Program-made: the position numbers and the translations under genes | NCBI RefSeq assembly: GCF_000143415.4 | Contig: NW_003314288.1 | Span: 696,642-760,641, forward strand | DNA from: Selaginella moellendorffii | Lineage: Eukaryota > Plantae > Lycopodiophyta | Reading direction: 5' to 3' | DNA length: 64,000 bases | Notes under the pieces: generated by a model | Seen by the model: the letters and a program-made list of their open reading frames with translations, nothing else | What the model was told of the DNA's origin: nothing | The model's database searches: none | Part shown: one piece after another, positions 22,160 through 33,996 of the stretch | Numbering within the stretch: position 1 is the first letter of the stretch | Layout of the letters: each line of letters begins with the position of its first letter

Positions 22160-23786
22160 GCTCCGATACCAAGTTGTAAGCGACTAATTTTTCCATTCTA
22201 CTTTAGTCACTTAACCACACCTCCGACCACTTGGAGGAGTCTCATTCACAACCTCCTTAAGTCCAATTCAGGACTTGGGACTTGCTAATCCCGAGAATGG
22301 CATCTATGCCACTCAACTCTTACACTTGGTCCGCGTGCTCCACGTGTCCAGTCCCAAGACCGACACCCAAAGCTACCACTAACATATTGGCCTGTTACGC
22401 TAAGGCCATGCCCATTCACCTTTACCGCACTAGTGGTCCAATACCACTTGCATCACAATCCCGTCTCTCCAAGACTGGGCCGTCCGTCCACGAGTGGTCA
22501 TCCCAAATCCACTCTTTAGCATCCTTAGGATGCCCACAGACATGAGGAATAACCTACCCCAACATCCCCTTGTCAGTTCTTGCCAAGTCCCTTTGAATCC
22601 ATGGCCGTAATCACCAACACTGCCACTAGATTAAGGCCCGCAGGCCCAGCCACTAAGTCCTATTGTCCTCTGGGACTTCCTTACCATGTGACCGTATCCG
22701 TAGTCACTACACTAGAGGACTGCTCCTCCTCCTTTCCCCCATTTGGGACTTCAGGACAACATTTTGGAACACTGTGGCCCTACACGAGCCCCGTGGGTAC
22801 TCTCCCACCTTCCGCCTTTAGGTGCTCTAGTCATGGACTTAGAGCGAGGTTCCGTTGAGCCACACCAGGTATCCAAGTAGGTAGTGCCACCCGCATTTGG
22901 ACTAGGAGCATCGGCTAGTCGATCTCCTGGGGGAACTAAAGCCGGCTCTTGAACACTTCACCAAGCTACCCCACTTGTCGGTCCGTATTCACTCTAGTCT
23001 TGGACTTCCTAGTGGTCAGTTCATCACCCAACACTGGGTCTGGCCTTCTTGGGCCAAATTGGTCTTTCTTGGCCAAACTGGCTCCACTGCAGTCCTCCCC
23101 CTTACTATACTTTTGGAGCTCACCAAACCCCCTAGGGTCTTGGAGACGAACGCTTTGGGCTTTCACCCTCTCATACTCGAACTTGGACTCGGACTCAAGC
23201 TCGGTCTCGGGCTTGGTCTTGGCCTCGGCCTCGGTCCCGGTCTCGGTCTCGGTCTCGACCTCGGACTCCATCTCAGGTCCTTCTTGGATTCCATCTCAGA
23301 TTCCATCTCGGACTCCGTCTCGGTCCATCTCGGACTCCATCTCGGACTCCATCTCGGGTCCATCTCGAACTCCATCTTGGGTCCATCTCGGACTCCATCT
23401 CGGTCCATCTCAGACTCCATCTTGGACTCCATGTCGGACTCCATCTCAAGTCCATCTCGGACTCCATTTCACACTCCATCTCGGTCCATCTCGGACTCCA
23501 TCTCGGACTCCACCTCGGACTCCAACTCGGGTCCATCTTGGACTCCATCTCAGACACTTCCACATGTCATGTGTTGGTCCTTTTGGGTCCCTTTTTGGAG
23601 CCTCGCTTATTGCTCGCTTCATGCTCGTTCCTTGAGCATTCTGTTGAGAGTTTCACTCCCGCTCTCGACCTTTCAAGTTGGAGCCTTTTAGTCCAAACGT
23701 GTTACGCTCGTTTGGCTTTTGCTTCGGCCACTACCACGTGGCACCCTTTCGGCTCCACTTTGGGGCTTAGGGATTTGTGTCTCACA
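22160..23786 (-). mobile_element. LTR (22175-23786) with tRNA-iMet primer-binding site
   Basis: GCTCCGATACCA at 22160-22171 is the reverse complement of TGGTATCGGAGC, 3 nt from the TGTAAG LTR edge. Other edge CTCACA at 23786. Confidence 0.65.
23180..23555. repeat. Minisatellite of 6/10/12-bp units (GGACTCCATCTC, GGTCCATCTC) within an LTR
   Basis: Directly visible tandem units that produce repetitive ORFs in several frames. Confidence 0.9.
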
Positions 23787-24552
23787 ATCACCTGAAGGAA
23801 ATAACATTCTAATCTATCAAAACTAACTCAAGCAATAATCAACAAAACAGAAGGAATGTGGTAAGACCAACAAACATTTAGTCATGCTAACCATCACACT
23901 AGCTAATTTAAATAGATCCCAGTCAACAATACAAAAGAACTCAAGTTGCTTAAGCAAGTGTCAGCAACATTTTACTAATGTCTCAAACCCAAGAGACCAA
24001 TCCAAAGTAAACCACAAAGAACATGTGGTATTGCATAAAGCCATAAACTATCAAAGAGAACAACTAACCATCATATCGTATCCTCTGAGACCAAATGTAG
24101 TGTACGTGGTTTTTACCCTTTATCCTATGGTGATTTACCATAGGATAACCACGAAGCGGAACCTAAACCCTCTATAAGCCTTCACAGCTTGGGCTTTCAA
24201 CCCAAGCCTCCCTTAGTATCAAGAGTTAATCTCTAGAACAAACTTGAAACTCACTAAATATGGAATATCTTTAGATTGTGAATTTGGACATAGGATGAAC
24301 ACTATTGTGTTCATAACAATATCTACATTCCGTAGATATGCCAAATGAGCAAATCTAGACACTTTCTATAAATAGCATTTGGGACTGAAATGAGATTATT
24401 ACAAACTGCATAATAGCGATGAACACTTGAATAAAAGGGATTAATAAAGGGTCCAATAATATCAACCTCCTACCATTGTGGCAGTAAGGAAAAAATGTTC
24501 GAAAGAACTAGCCGATAGGTAACTTTCGATACCCGAAATCACATTCGCAACA

Positions 24553-27100
24553 CTAAGTTACGTAGTTTTAGTTACTACCGACATTTTCAACATAAGTTTG
24601 CAAAGATGGCTATTCCTTTGACATAATTGTTGCACAAGGACGTGCCATTCGAGTGAAAGAAGCCACATGAGGATAGTTTTGTGGCATTGAAACAGTTGTT
24701 GAGCACGGCTCCAGTGCTTCGCATTGCTGATCCATCAAAACTTTATAAGGTGACATGTGATGCAAGTGGTTATGCACTGGGAGGAGTTCTCATGCAAAAG
24801 GGATAGCCTATTGCATATGAGAGTCGAACTTTGAATCCCACGGAGCAACGCTATTCCATATATAAGCAAGAGTTACTCTTCATTGTTCATGCTTTGCGGA
24901 CGTGGCAGCACTATCTTTAAGGTGTAGTGATCATGGTGTTGATAGATCACAAAACCCTTATATATTTTTTCACACTTAAGGAATTGAATACTAGGTAAGC
25001 TCGTTGGATGGTCAAACTCATGGAGTTTGGGAAGTTTCCTATTGAGCATCATTGAATATGGTGGCAGATGCTTTATCTCGTGTTTGCCATGTAATGACAT
25101 TACAAACATGGTTTTGTCATCATTTGAGTAAGGTGGTTAGCAAGTTTGGGTAGTTGGTTGAGCGTGCTTAGTCTCAAGATGTTAAAGTGGTCTCGTTGCA
25201 AGCCCAAATAGAAGCACCTTTCTCATTGGTGGATGGGATTTTTTACTACAATGGCCATGTGTATTTGCCATGGGTGGATACATTAATTACTCAGGTTTTA
25301 TTCCACTATCATGATCGTCCAAAGGCCGATTATTTTGGGGGGAAGAAGACACATGAGTTGATTAAGCATAATTTCAATTGGAGGAATATGAAGGCTGATA
25401 TCCTCAAGTACTGTAAGTCATGTGAGCTCTGTCAGTGGGTAAAGATGCCATGAGAGAAGCTAGGGGGACTTTTGCAACCTTTACCTATTCCTCAGAGCCA
25501 TTGGTGTAGTATCTCTATGGACTTCATCATTTGTTTGCCATGAACACAGAGGCAAAAGGAGCAAGTATGGGTCATAGTGGATTGCTTGACGAAGTATGTG
25601 CGGTTGTTGGCTCTTCAAAAGAGTGTTACTGCCTTAGACTTGGTTGCGGTCTACTTGGAGAAGGTTTTTTCTGATTTTGGTTTGCCGGAGGACATCGTCA
25701 GCAATCGAGATTCAAAGTTCACTAGTGGATTTTGGAAGAGTTTTGCAAAAGCTATACAAGTGACTCTGAAACTCTCGAGTGGAGATCATCCTCAAACGGA
25801 TGAGTAAACTGAGCGTGTGAATCAAGTGGTGGAGGATATATTACGCTGTAGCATTGGTCAAAAGCAGGGATAGTGGGATCTATATCTTCCATTAGTGCAA
25901 TTTGCCTACAATAATAGCTAACACAGTGGAACCAAACTTGCCATGTTTGGAAGGCATCCTTGAATAGCAGTGGAGTTGAAATTGCATTTGAGTAAAGATA
26001 TTTAAGAAAAGCTTGATTCAGAGGCAACTAATCTAGCCACGGAATTTAATGAAATTCTGGTGGTGTGCAAATAGAATTTACAAGTAGCTCAGGATAGAGT
26101 GGAGAAGTTTGCTAATAAGCATCACCAATTCCAGGAATATAAGGTGGGTGATCTTGTCTTTGTGTGAGTGATCTTTGTTTCAAGTGAGTAGCAGAACACT
26201 TTAGTGCCTTTGTGGAATAGGAAGAGTGATAAACTTTTTCATTGGTATGCTAGTCCATATGAAGTGCTGGAGCACATCAGTAAAGTGGCTTATTGAGTGC
26301 GGCTATCAGCTGGGGTGAAAATTCATTTGGTATTTTATGTTAGCCATTTGAAAGATCTATTATCTCGGAGTGACGAGCCCAATGCCTCTTTAATGTATAC
26401 AATTTACGACTGTGGAAGATGGATCAGGAGCTTGAGCAAAGTTCCTTAAAAAGGGTGATCACTAGTATAACTTATCTTTGGGACAAGGACTTTGTTGGGG
26501 GGAAGAATTATTAAGTGCCAATGGTCAATTTTGGTCAAAGGGGGCTCAAGGGTTTATGAAGGCATGTTAGGGTAAAGAACATAACCTACCCTAAGGCTCA
26601 TAGTGAAGGGGCGATGCAGAAGAGCTTTTGAGGTAGTTTAAGGGTGGTTGGGTGGTAAGGAAACTCAAGAGGAGGTATAGTTTAGTCTAGGAAGACTAGA
26701 TTGTTGACTTTTCGTTCTGTGTCATAACACAATTGTTGTTCATGATGTGAGGAATGTCATGGATGGGGACATAACACTAGAACTTGTGCCATGCTAAAAA
26801 ATATATCTATGCTCTTTTGACATTTATGGATAATAGGAGTTCTATTTCTTGTGCTTCTTCTCTATCACCAACAAATAACAAAAGTCCTCCTATTCTCTCT
26901 CCTCCACTCTCTTCATAATATGCAATATAGAATTAATGGAGGATGAGTAGTTTATGTTTGTTTTTGCTGGAGTCATTGATCTTGGTGGACTTTAGCTTAG
27001 CAATTTCCTCTATTTAGTGTTTAATTGTTTGAAGTTTCATTATAGCAAGTCTCTTGTACTTGACCTTCATGACTTGTGTTTACTAATCATAAGTCATCAG
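24553..27100 (+). mobile_element. 3' half of the 12020 gypsy element (RNase H, integrase, PPT, probable 3' LTR)
   Basis: VTCDASGYALGGVL RNase H about 24750. YHD.PKADYFG.KKT...C.SCELCQ and FGLPEDIVSNRDSKFTS.FW...HPQTD integrase. Purine tract GGGGGGAAGAA at about 26497. Confidence 0.8.
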
Positions 27101-27109
27101 TATAGATAT

Positions 27110-28570
27110 TATCTATGGAAACGCTGGTTGTCTACGTGCGGTGTGGGCATTTGGAGGAATCGAGAAGGATCTTGCACTCCTCCTGCTCCACATCAGTGCA
27201 ATGCTAGGCGTGGCAATCCAGATTCTCAAGACCATGCTGGTGAGAGTGAGCTGTGGAAGTCTCTCATGAGCTCTTGTTGAAAGTGGGAAGCAGTGGTGTG
27301 GAAAGCTTGCATTTGAGGCGCGGGTGGAGATGGGCTCATTGCAGTAAGGTGATTTCCCATTCCCTTCCTTTTGTATCCTATCTCCCTCGTGGCCTCCCGA
27401 CATGCTTCATATGTTCTCCTGTCTGTGTTCCATATGTTATCCTCTCCGCTTGCGAAGCATTGCACAGCATGTTGCTGGAGCTGGGTCTCAGCCCATTCGT
27501 TGATGGCTAGCATTTACGAAGGCTTCATTGGATGTTGATACAGAGAATTAAGTTTAAAGACAATTGGCCCACTTTTATGATGGGCTTAATCTATGTTGAC
27601 TGGATTGTTCTTTGCAAAGCATGTATGCAAGGCGATTTTACAAGGAAATATATCAAATCTTCCTCAAAGTCAATGCCATAATCTGTCAAGAACCAAATCC
27701 TTGGAGAGCTTTAGGAATTAATATATGCATAATGAAGGATAGTTAAGTAATTTGATGATGAGAAGTTTGACATATGTTATCAAATATATTATCTAGCATA
27801 GCAATCAGGGATGCTCAACATCCCAAACAATTCTCCCAATTGAAAATAAGAAATATCACAAGTGCCATTTCCTACTCATCCATTCCCTTTGAAAACTTTC
27901 TTTCTATTCTGAAGGGTGGAGTTTTATATATAATGTTGTTTTATAGGGCAATATTGCTTCTTCAATGGCAACTAGCACTTGTTCAATGTTTCGTGACCAA
28001 TCTATTCCCTTCTCTTCCAATATCATGGAATATAAGTATATGAAATGTTTCAAAACTAACATATTGGAGTACAATCTTAATCATTCTTAAACTCTTAGGA
28101 ATACTAGACTCAACCAGAGATATAATTCAGTTCCCTTTAATCTTCCAGTCTAGCATCATTCCAAATCCAGGATTGGTATTCAGATTAGAATATTGCTAGC
28201 CTTTTGAGACAAGTATAATAGTTGTTTTGAATCATTAGGATCATCCTTTAGTGATTTTAATCTACATTGAGTTATAATTTAAATAGATTGCTACTTTGTC
28301 CTCGCTAGATGGAGAAAAAGTGTTATATAAGCTCATATGTTTTATGCATCAAGTATTCTTACAAATCAAATATTTATTTTAATAGCTTATTTTCTGCAGG
28401 CTATTTGCAAAAGAACACCCACAAGGTGTATGACCTGTTTAGTATTTGCACACATATCAATTTTGTTAAATTTATATTCTTTATTTTTCCACAATACCTA
28501 TCTTTTATGGCTTCAGTTAAGTTATAGTCCTTTGAGTATTTCTTCAATTTAGGCACTATATTTTTGGTTT
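27110..28570 (+). repeat. Deleted duplicate of the 36576 PPR locus and its 3' flank
   Basis: 27120-27172 matches about 36613-36666. About 27177-27199 and 27500-28570 match about 38210-39415. The PPR body is missing. Confidence 0.85.
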
Positions 28571-29087
28571 GCTTAAGCAAACCAACATAGAATATACCTG
28601 GGTATTCTTGAATATTCTATAATTTAATTGTTGATATTTATTTAGAATAATTTTGTGTTTATAAATTAAAAACATTTTAATAATGGTCGTCCCATTGACT
28701 ACATATAGTTGACCGACGGTTTCCGCAAAAAGATGTTCTAATTTATTTTCAAAGCTTTTAAATCTGAGAACTACTAATTCAATGTTTGGACATGTGTTTG
28801 CAGGTGTGATTTTGTGGCGAGGAAGTAGAAGCAACAGGAGGTCCTCCAGACAAGCTAACTTCTCAAGTTTAACCCGCTGCCACCTCCATGCAAGGGTACT
28901 TTCCATGAGCTCAAAGGGTAGAGGGCTGGCTTTTGATTTTTTTTGGTTGTTCTCTAGCCTCCAATCTGTTAGGAGTGATGCAAAGAGACTGTTATTGATC
29001 AGGCTAGGGATTTCCAACCCAAAGCTATGTTTCTCATACCTGAAAAGTGTATCCATGAAATATACATATCCTCTTGTAGTTTCTCTT

Positions 29088-32000
29088 CTAAATAGAAGAC
29101 AAGTGCCTGAGGTTGTACATATCGAAGTACAAACCAAAGAAGCAGATCAATGGATCTCCCCGCAAGGCATCAATCAGCAGTTGAATGAGGCAAGCAGCGC
29201 ATACTTGATCCTCTTCCAGTCGATCCACTTTCCTGTAACCAATGGTGCTACTGTTGCTCACCAGGTACCAGCCCAGCTCGCTGTCCCATGCCTCGACGAG
29301 ATATTCCATGACCCTTTGTCCCATGTTTACTGGCTCTCGGATCTCCAGTGTGTTGAACTTTGAGACCTTGCCAAGATCAAGCTCGATCCAGCCGGTCGAC
29401 TCCCCTTGCATTGGAGCCCAGAAAGTTTCCATACGCTCATCAAGGATTTGCTTTGGCCCAAACGAAGAGCTGCGAACGCTGCTTGCTGTCACGGACAAGG
29501 GATTTGCTGCTAAGTTGACGCTGAAGATGGAATCTATGGCAGAGCTAAACCGCTCCAGTGTCTGGAAGTCGGATTCGTCGATCAGTCCCAACACGTTTGG
29601 AGGGACGTTGAGCAGGAGGAAGCAGTTTCTGGCGGATGATTTGTAGAAAACGTCGAGCAGCTGCTCCAGGGATTTTGGAGCCTCATTCCTGTGCCAAACC
29701 CAACTGGGCCTGATGGAGATATCGCACTCCGGAGGGAGCCAGTTGGTTCCAGCACTCTCTCACGACATCAAGTACCTGTTGATGTTGCGAATTGGATCAA
29801 GTTTCACAAGAACGAAAGTCTCATGGAAGGATGGATTTTACGTACTGGCCATCGCTCCTGCCGATCGTAATGGAAGATCTGTCGCCATTGCCCAGCATGG
29901 TTGTCTGGCCTCGCCATACTCATTCCCAACCATGGTTGGTCCTGACTGCGTTCGGCCGAAATCCCAACTGCCGCCGAATGCGGTCGGACAAGTCCGTTCG
30001 GTGATTCCATTTGGCAAAAACAATTCTTTTAGGATTTTAAATTAATTTTAAAAAATTAATTCTGAGCGATGCGTGTGTACCGAGCTCTACAGGGCGACAC
30101 TCTCCGGCCTCTGCTTTTGATTGAGCATTGAGCAGCTCGCTGAGGCCTCGCAAATCAAATCGCCCAGCCCGAGTAGCTCGCTAAGGCCTCACAAATCAAA
30201 TCGCCCAGCAAAGCTTGAAATTTTTTCCCTAAAATGGAAATTGCAGTGATTTCAGAGATTTGATTCTAGTGATTCATAGCGATTCTGGCACAATTGAGCG
30301 ATGGCGCCTGATTGGGCATGGTCCCATGTTACCAAGCTCACTCCTTATGCTTCTGGCAAAGGTGTTGTAAATGTAATTATTGTGGTAAAATGTATGGCGG
30401 TCCGCCGAAATAAATCAAGGTGCATTTTGCTAAAGTTTCTGGGAAAGATATTGAAGCATGTAGTGCTTCAAATGTTCCTCTTCATATTTAGAACCAAGCT
30501 CACCGAATGTTTGTGGAGCAAATCGCAAATGCCCCTTTGTCTTTACCTTCTACAGCAAATCTACAGAATAGGCATTTTGATGGGGCATTTGCTTCTAGAG
30601 CTGGTACACAAAGTGCTAGTCAATCTCAGCCTATGAGTGCTTCTATAGGCCATGAAGGATCATCTCTTGGTCGAAAGCAAATGCGAGATAGCAATATTAG
30701 GGAAATGCTTGATGATGCAAGAAACATGAACTTAGATGATGTGATATCAAAGTTCATTTTCTTGAATGCTATACCATTTAATGTTGTGAAAAGCCCATAT
30801 ATTCATGCGATGATCACAGCCACTTGTAGTGCTGGACCTAGTGCTGCATCGAGGATTCTTGGTTATAAGAAGCTTTGTACTACTCAGCTCACTCGTTACT
30901 ATACTCTAATCAAGGAGAAGTTAGCTCCCTTTCGTGATGGATGGGCTCGATTTGGATGTACAATAGTGACTGATGGATGGTTTGATATAAAGAGCAGATC
31001 ATTCATAAATTTCATGGTTACCTCTATCCATAGCTTAGTATTTTGGTAGGGTGTTGACACCAAAGGAGAAGAAAAGACTGGTCTTTGGCTTTGGGAGCAA
31101 CTTAGACCCATCATTTTGGATGTTGGTGTTGAAAATGTTGTTTAAGTCATCACTGATAATGCTTCGAATTGTGTATCGATGGGGGAACATATGAGAGAAG
31201 AATTCCCCTTTATTTTACACAATCGATGCATGTGCCTGTTTTGGACTTGTTATTGGAGGATATTGGGAAGTTTGATTGGGTGTCTAAGATCGTAAATGAC
31301 TATGAGAAAATCGTAAAGTTCATAACTGAGAAGCTGATGTTACTTGTTTTATTTCGAAAGTTCTACTCTAGAGAACTCATGAAGCTTGTGAAGACTCGAT
31401 TCGCTTACATCTTTCTTATGGTCAGCCAGCTCCAGCATGAAGATGTTTTCCTGTGCCTTCGACGATTCATAGTGAGTTAGAATTTGAATCGTCAAAGTGG
31501 TATAACACAAAGGATGCCAAAAATGTTCATACAACAATTTTCAATGATGAATTTTGGAAGAATGCTTCTACTTTATTGGTTATGGTAGCTCCTATTTTGA
31601 AGGTGCTACGTCTTGCTGATCGTGAGGGCGCAACAATAGGATTAATTTATTAAACAATGTATCATATGATTGAAAGATTGGAGCTTGCAGCTCAAGATGG
31701 CAAGCTTCATATGGATAAAATTGATGCAATTAAGTGTGTCTTGGTTGAAGACTAACATAGACGGAGAGCTCAATGGTTTATGGTGCATAGCTCTATGCAC
31801 AATGCTGCATATGCTTTGAATCTTTCATACTTTGAGCAAGACTTAGATGTTGAGGTAAGAAGTGATTGGATGGATTATTTATCACTCTATTGCTGTGGGG
31901 ACACTCAGCTGGAAGAGAAGTTGGATGAACAATTCAATATGTTTCGATGAAGAATTGGAAGAACTATCAATCAGGATTTGCCGAAGAGCAAAGCAAAAAG

Positions 32001-33507
32001 GAAATTTCTAGTGTCTTGGTGGGAATTCTATGAATATGAGATGCTTGAGCTCAGGAAGTTAGTACTTCGTGTGTTGAGCCAAGGAGTGTGCTCTTCTCCA
32101 TATGAGCAAAATTGGAGTAGTTGGAACTTGATCCAAACCAAATGACGCAATTGCTTGCTTCTAGAGAACTTGAAGAAGTTGGTTTATGTACACAGTAACA
32201 CCAGAGTGGTGGATCATATTGAAAGTGAAGGAATGAAGTTGCTAGAGATCGATCTTGACACAATTGCAATCAAACCATAGTGGATGAGGATTGTAGAGAT
32301 GCAAGCTAGGCTTGAATCTCTTGGTATAGAAGATTTAGCTGAAAAAAATTTTCCAAATGAAGATGTGATTGTTGAGGAAGATGCTGGAGATATCAAGGAA
32401 CTTGCTAAAGATGTTGAAGAAAATAAGTAATAGTTAATTTGGTTTAGTCTAATGCTTTGGTTTAGTTTGGTTTGGTTTGGTTTAATGCTTTGGTTTTCCT
32501 ACTTTTATTAATGTGGTTTTACTAAAAATGTTTTTTTTTTTCAAAAAAATTTTGTGAACCGTTCGGCCGTTCGGCATTTTCACAGCCGGTCAATAACCAC
32601 GGTCGAGCAGTCGGCATTTGGAACGGTCGGGACCAACTATGTTCCCAACCCATCGGATGTTAGGGCCAGTCGGAAAAGATGTTTGCACCAGGGATGAATC
32701 GTGTCAAACCAGAGCTCAAAATCGTAGCTCATGTTCACTGCACTGGGTGATTTCGCACCATCCAGCCACACCTCGGAGATCGGCCCATATCTGCACGCAA
32801 AACAAAATGCCGCGTCAAGGCATCTGCTGCTAGAGATGAAAACTACAAAAGCCCACAAGCTCGCGAGCTCCTAATGCTAAAACCGTTTAATGGGCTGGAG
32901 GAAATGCAAACATATCACACAGTGATCATGCCACCAAGAAAAATGCGTGAAGAAGAAGCAAATAATGTCTCACTCACCCAGTAAGAAGCTCTCGGTAGAA
33001 CTCGTTGTAGAGAAGAGTGTCGCCATAGCAGCTCTCGTGCAAATCCCATGGCGAGAGGTAAAAGCCCACGTACGCTCCCTGGCGGCGGCCACGAACTCGG
33101 CCACCACATCCCCCTTCCCTCCTCGCGCTAGCCACGGAGAAATTGGTGTAGGCCGAGGGCCACAGGCAGAACCCGTCGTGGTGCTTGACCGTGAGGATCA
33201 CGAGCTGCGCGCCCGCGGATTGGGCCGCGTCCATCCACTGCGACGCATTCAATCGCTCCGGGTTGAAGATGGAGGGCGATTCGTGGCCGGATCCACGCTC
33301 CGAGTCCGTGAATGTGTTGACGCCGAAGTGGAAGAACATCAAGAGGCGGCGCGAGTGGAACTGCTGGCGCCATGAGGGACTTGGGCGGAGAGGGAGCGAT
33401 GGGGGCGAATTTAGGAAGAACACTAGTATCTCGAGGAGCAAGAAATAGAGATGGAAATTCATTGCTATAGATAATGGAGGAGAGAGCCGTGCAATCTTCG
33501 AATCCAT
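29088..33507 (-). pseudogene. GH29 alpha-L-fucosidase (FUC1-like) disrupted by hAT insertion and frameshifts
   Basis: MFFHFGVNTFTDSE, ILTVKHHDGFCLWPS, YLSPWD, EVWLDGA, RWVGNE.GEA, PECDISIRP.WVWH, LLNVPPN, C-terminal F5/8-like region. Confidence 0.92.
29931..32641 (+). mobile_element. hAT DNA transposon with degenerate BED-finger / DUF659 / dimerisation-domain transposase
   Basis: TIRs CATGGTTGGTCCTGAC / GTCGGGACCAACTATG and perfect 8-bp TSD TTCCCAAC. CNYCGK BED finger, GCTIVTDGW, SWWEFY...LRVLSQGVCSS.YEQNWS. Multiple stops. Confidence 0.93.
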
Positions 33508-33538
33508 AGAGAATCCTAAGCTCTTCTCCTCCAAAATC

Positions 33539-33890
33539 ATGATCCAGGCCTACGCACAGGCGAAAGATCTAAATCGAGCGCGCAGAACGTTCGATCGGAT
33601 GCTCCGGCGAGATGCCTCGACGTGGAACTCGATCGTCACGGCATATGCCGACAACGGGTATCTTGATAAAGCGCGAGAGATTTTCGAATTGGCTCCAGAG
33701 AAGAACGAGCTCTCTTGAAATGTGATGATCACGCTTTGCATCCGCACTGGAAAGATAGCTTCTGCCAAGGATTTGTTTGATCGGATGCCCGTGAAGACGA
33801 TCGTTGCGCAGACTGCCTTCGTCACAGCATTTGCCAGGGAAGGGCATTTGGAAGTAGCCGAGGCTTTGTTTGAGAGCATAAAGAGTCATG
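33539..33890 (+). pseudogene. Fragment of an S/SS-type PPR gene with an in-frame stop
   Basis: MIQAYAQAKDLNRARRTFDRM...STWNSIVTAYADNG...S*NVMITLCIRTG...FDRMP, with TGA at a conserved Trp position (about 33717). Confidence 0.75.
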
Positions 33891-33996
33891 GGCTTTTGGC
33901 TCTCGCTGTCTACAGAAAACTCCAACCGAACAGCAAATGCAGGTTGGGCAGTCTTTTTCTCTTGAGTTGATACAAACAAAGACTTTCTGGCGACAG

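Larger units (their letters stand above)
14493..24552 (-). mobile_element. LTR retrotransposon, itself containing nested elements, inserted into the RT of the flanking gypsy
   Basis: Related LTR starts TGTAGTG at 14493 and 24096. Right LTR ends GCAACA at 24552. Degenerate Met-PBS (reverse complement) at about 24082-24093. Flanks TTGAG / CTAAG. Host frame PTSVVE|LRSF..YYR is restored on removal. Confidence 0.7.

Noticed and set aside
22949-23795. Long overlapping repetitive ORFs (SRTP, HLGL, WSPR repeats)
   Set aside because: Products of a stop-poor minisatellite inside an LTR.
28556-29363. Two overlapping 193-aa ORFs on opposite strands
   Set aside because: They overlap the fucosidase 3' end and UTR, are not maintained in the duplicate at 42266-42585, and show no domain.
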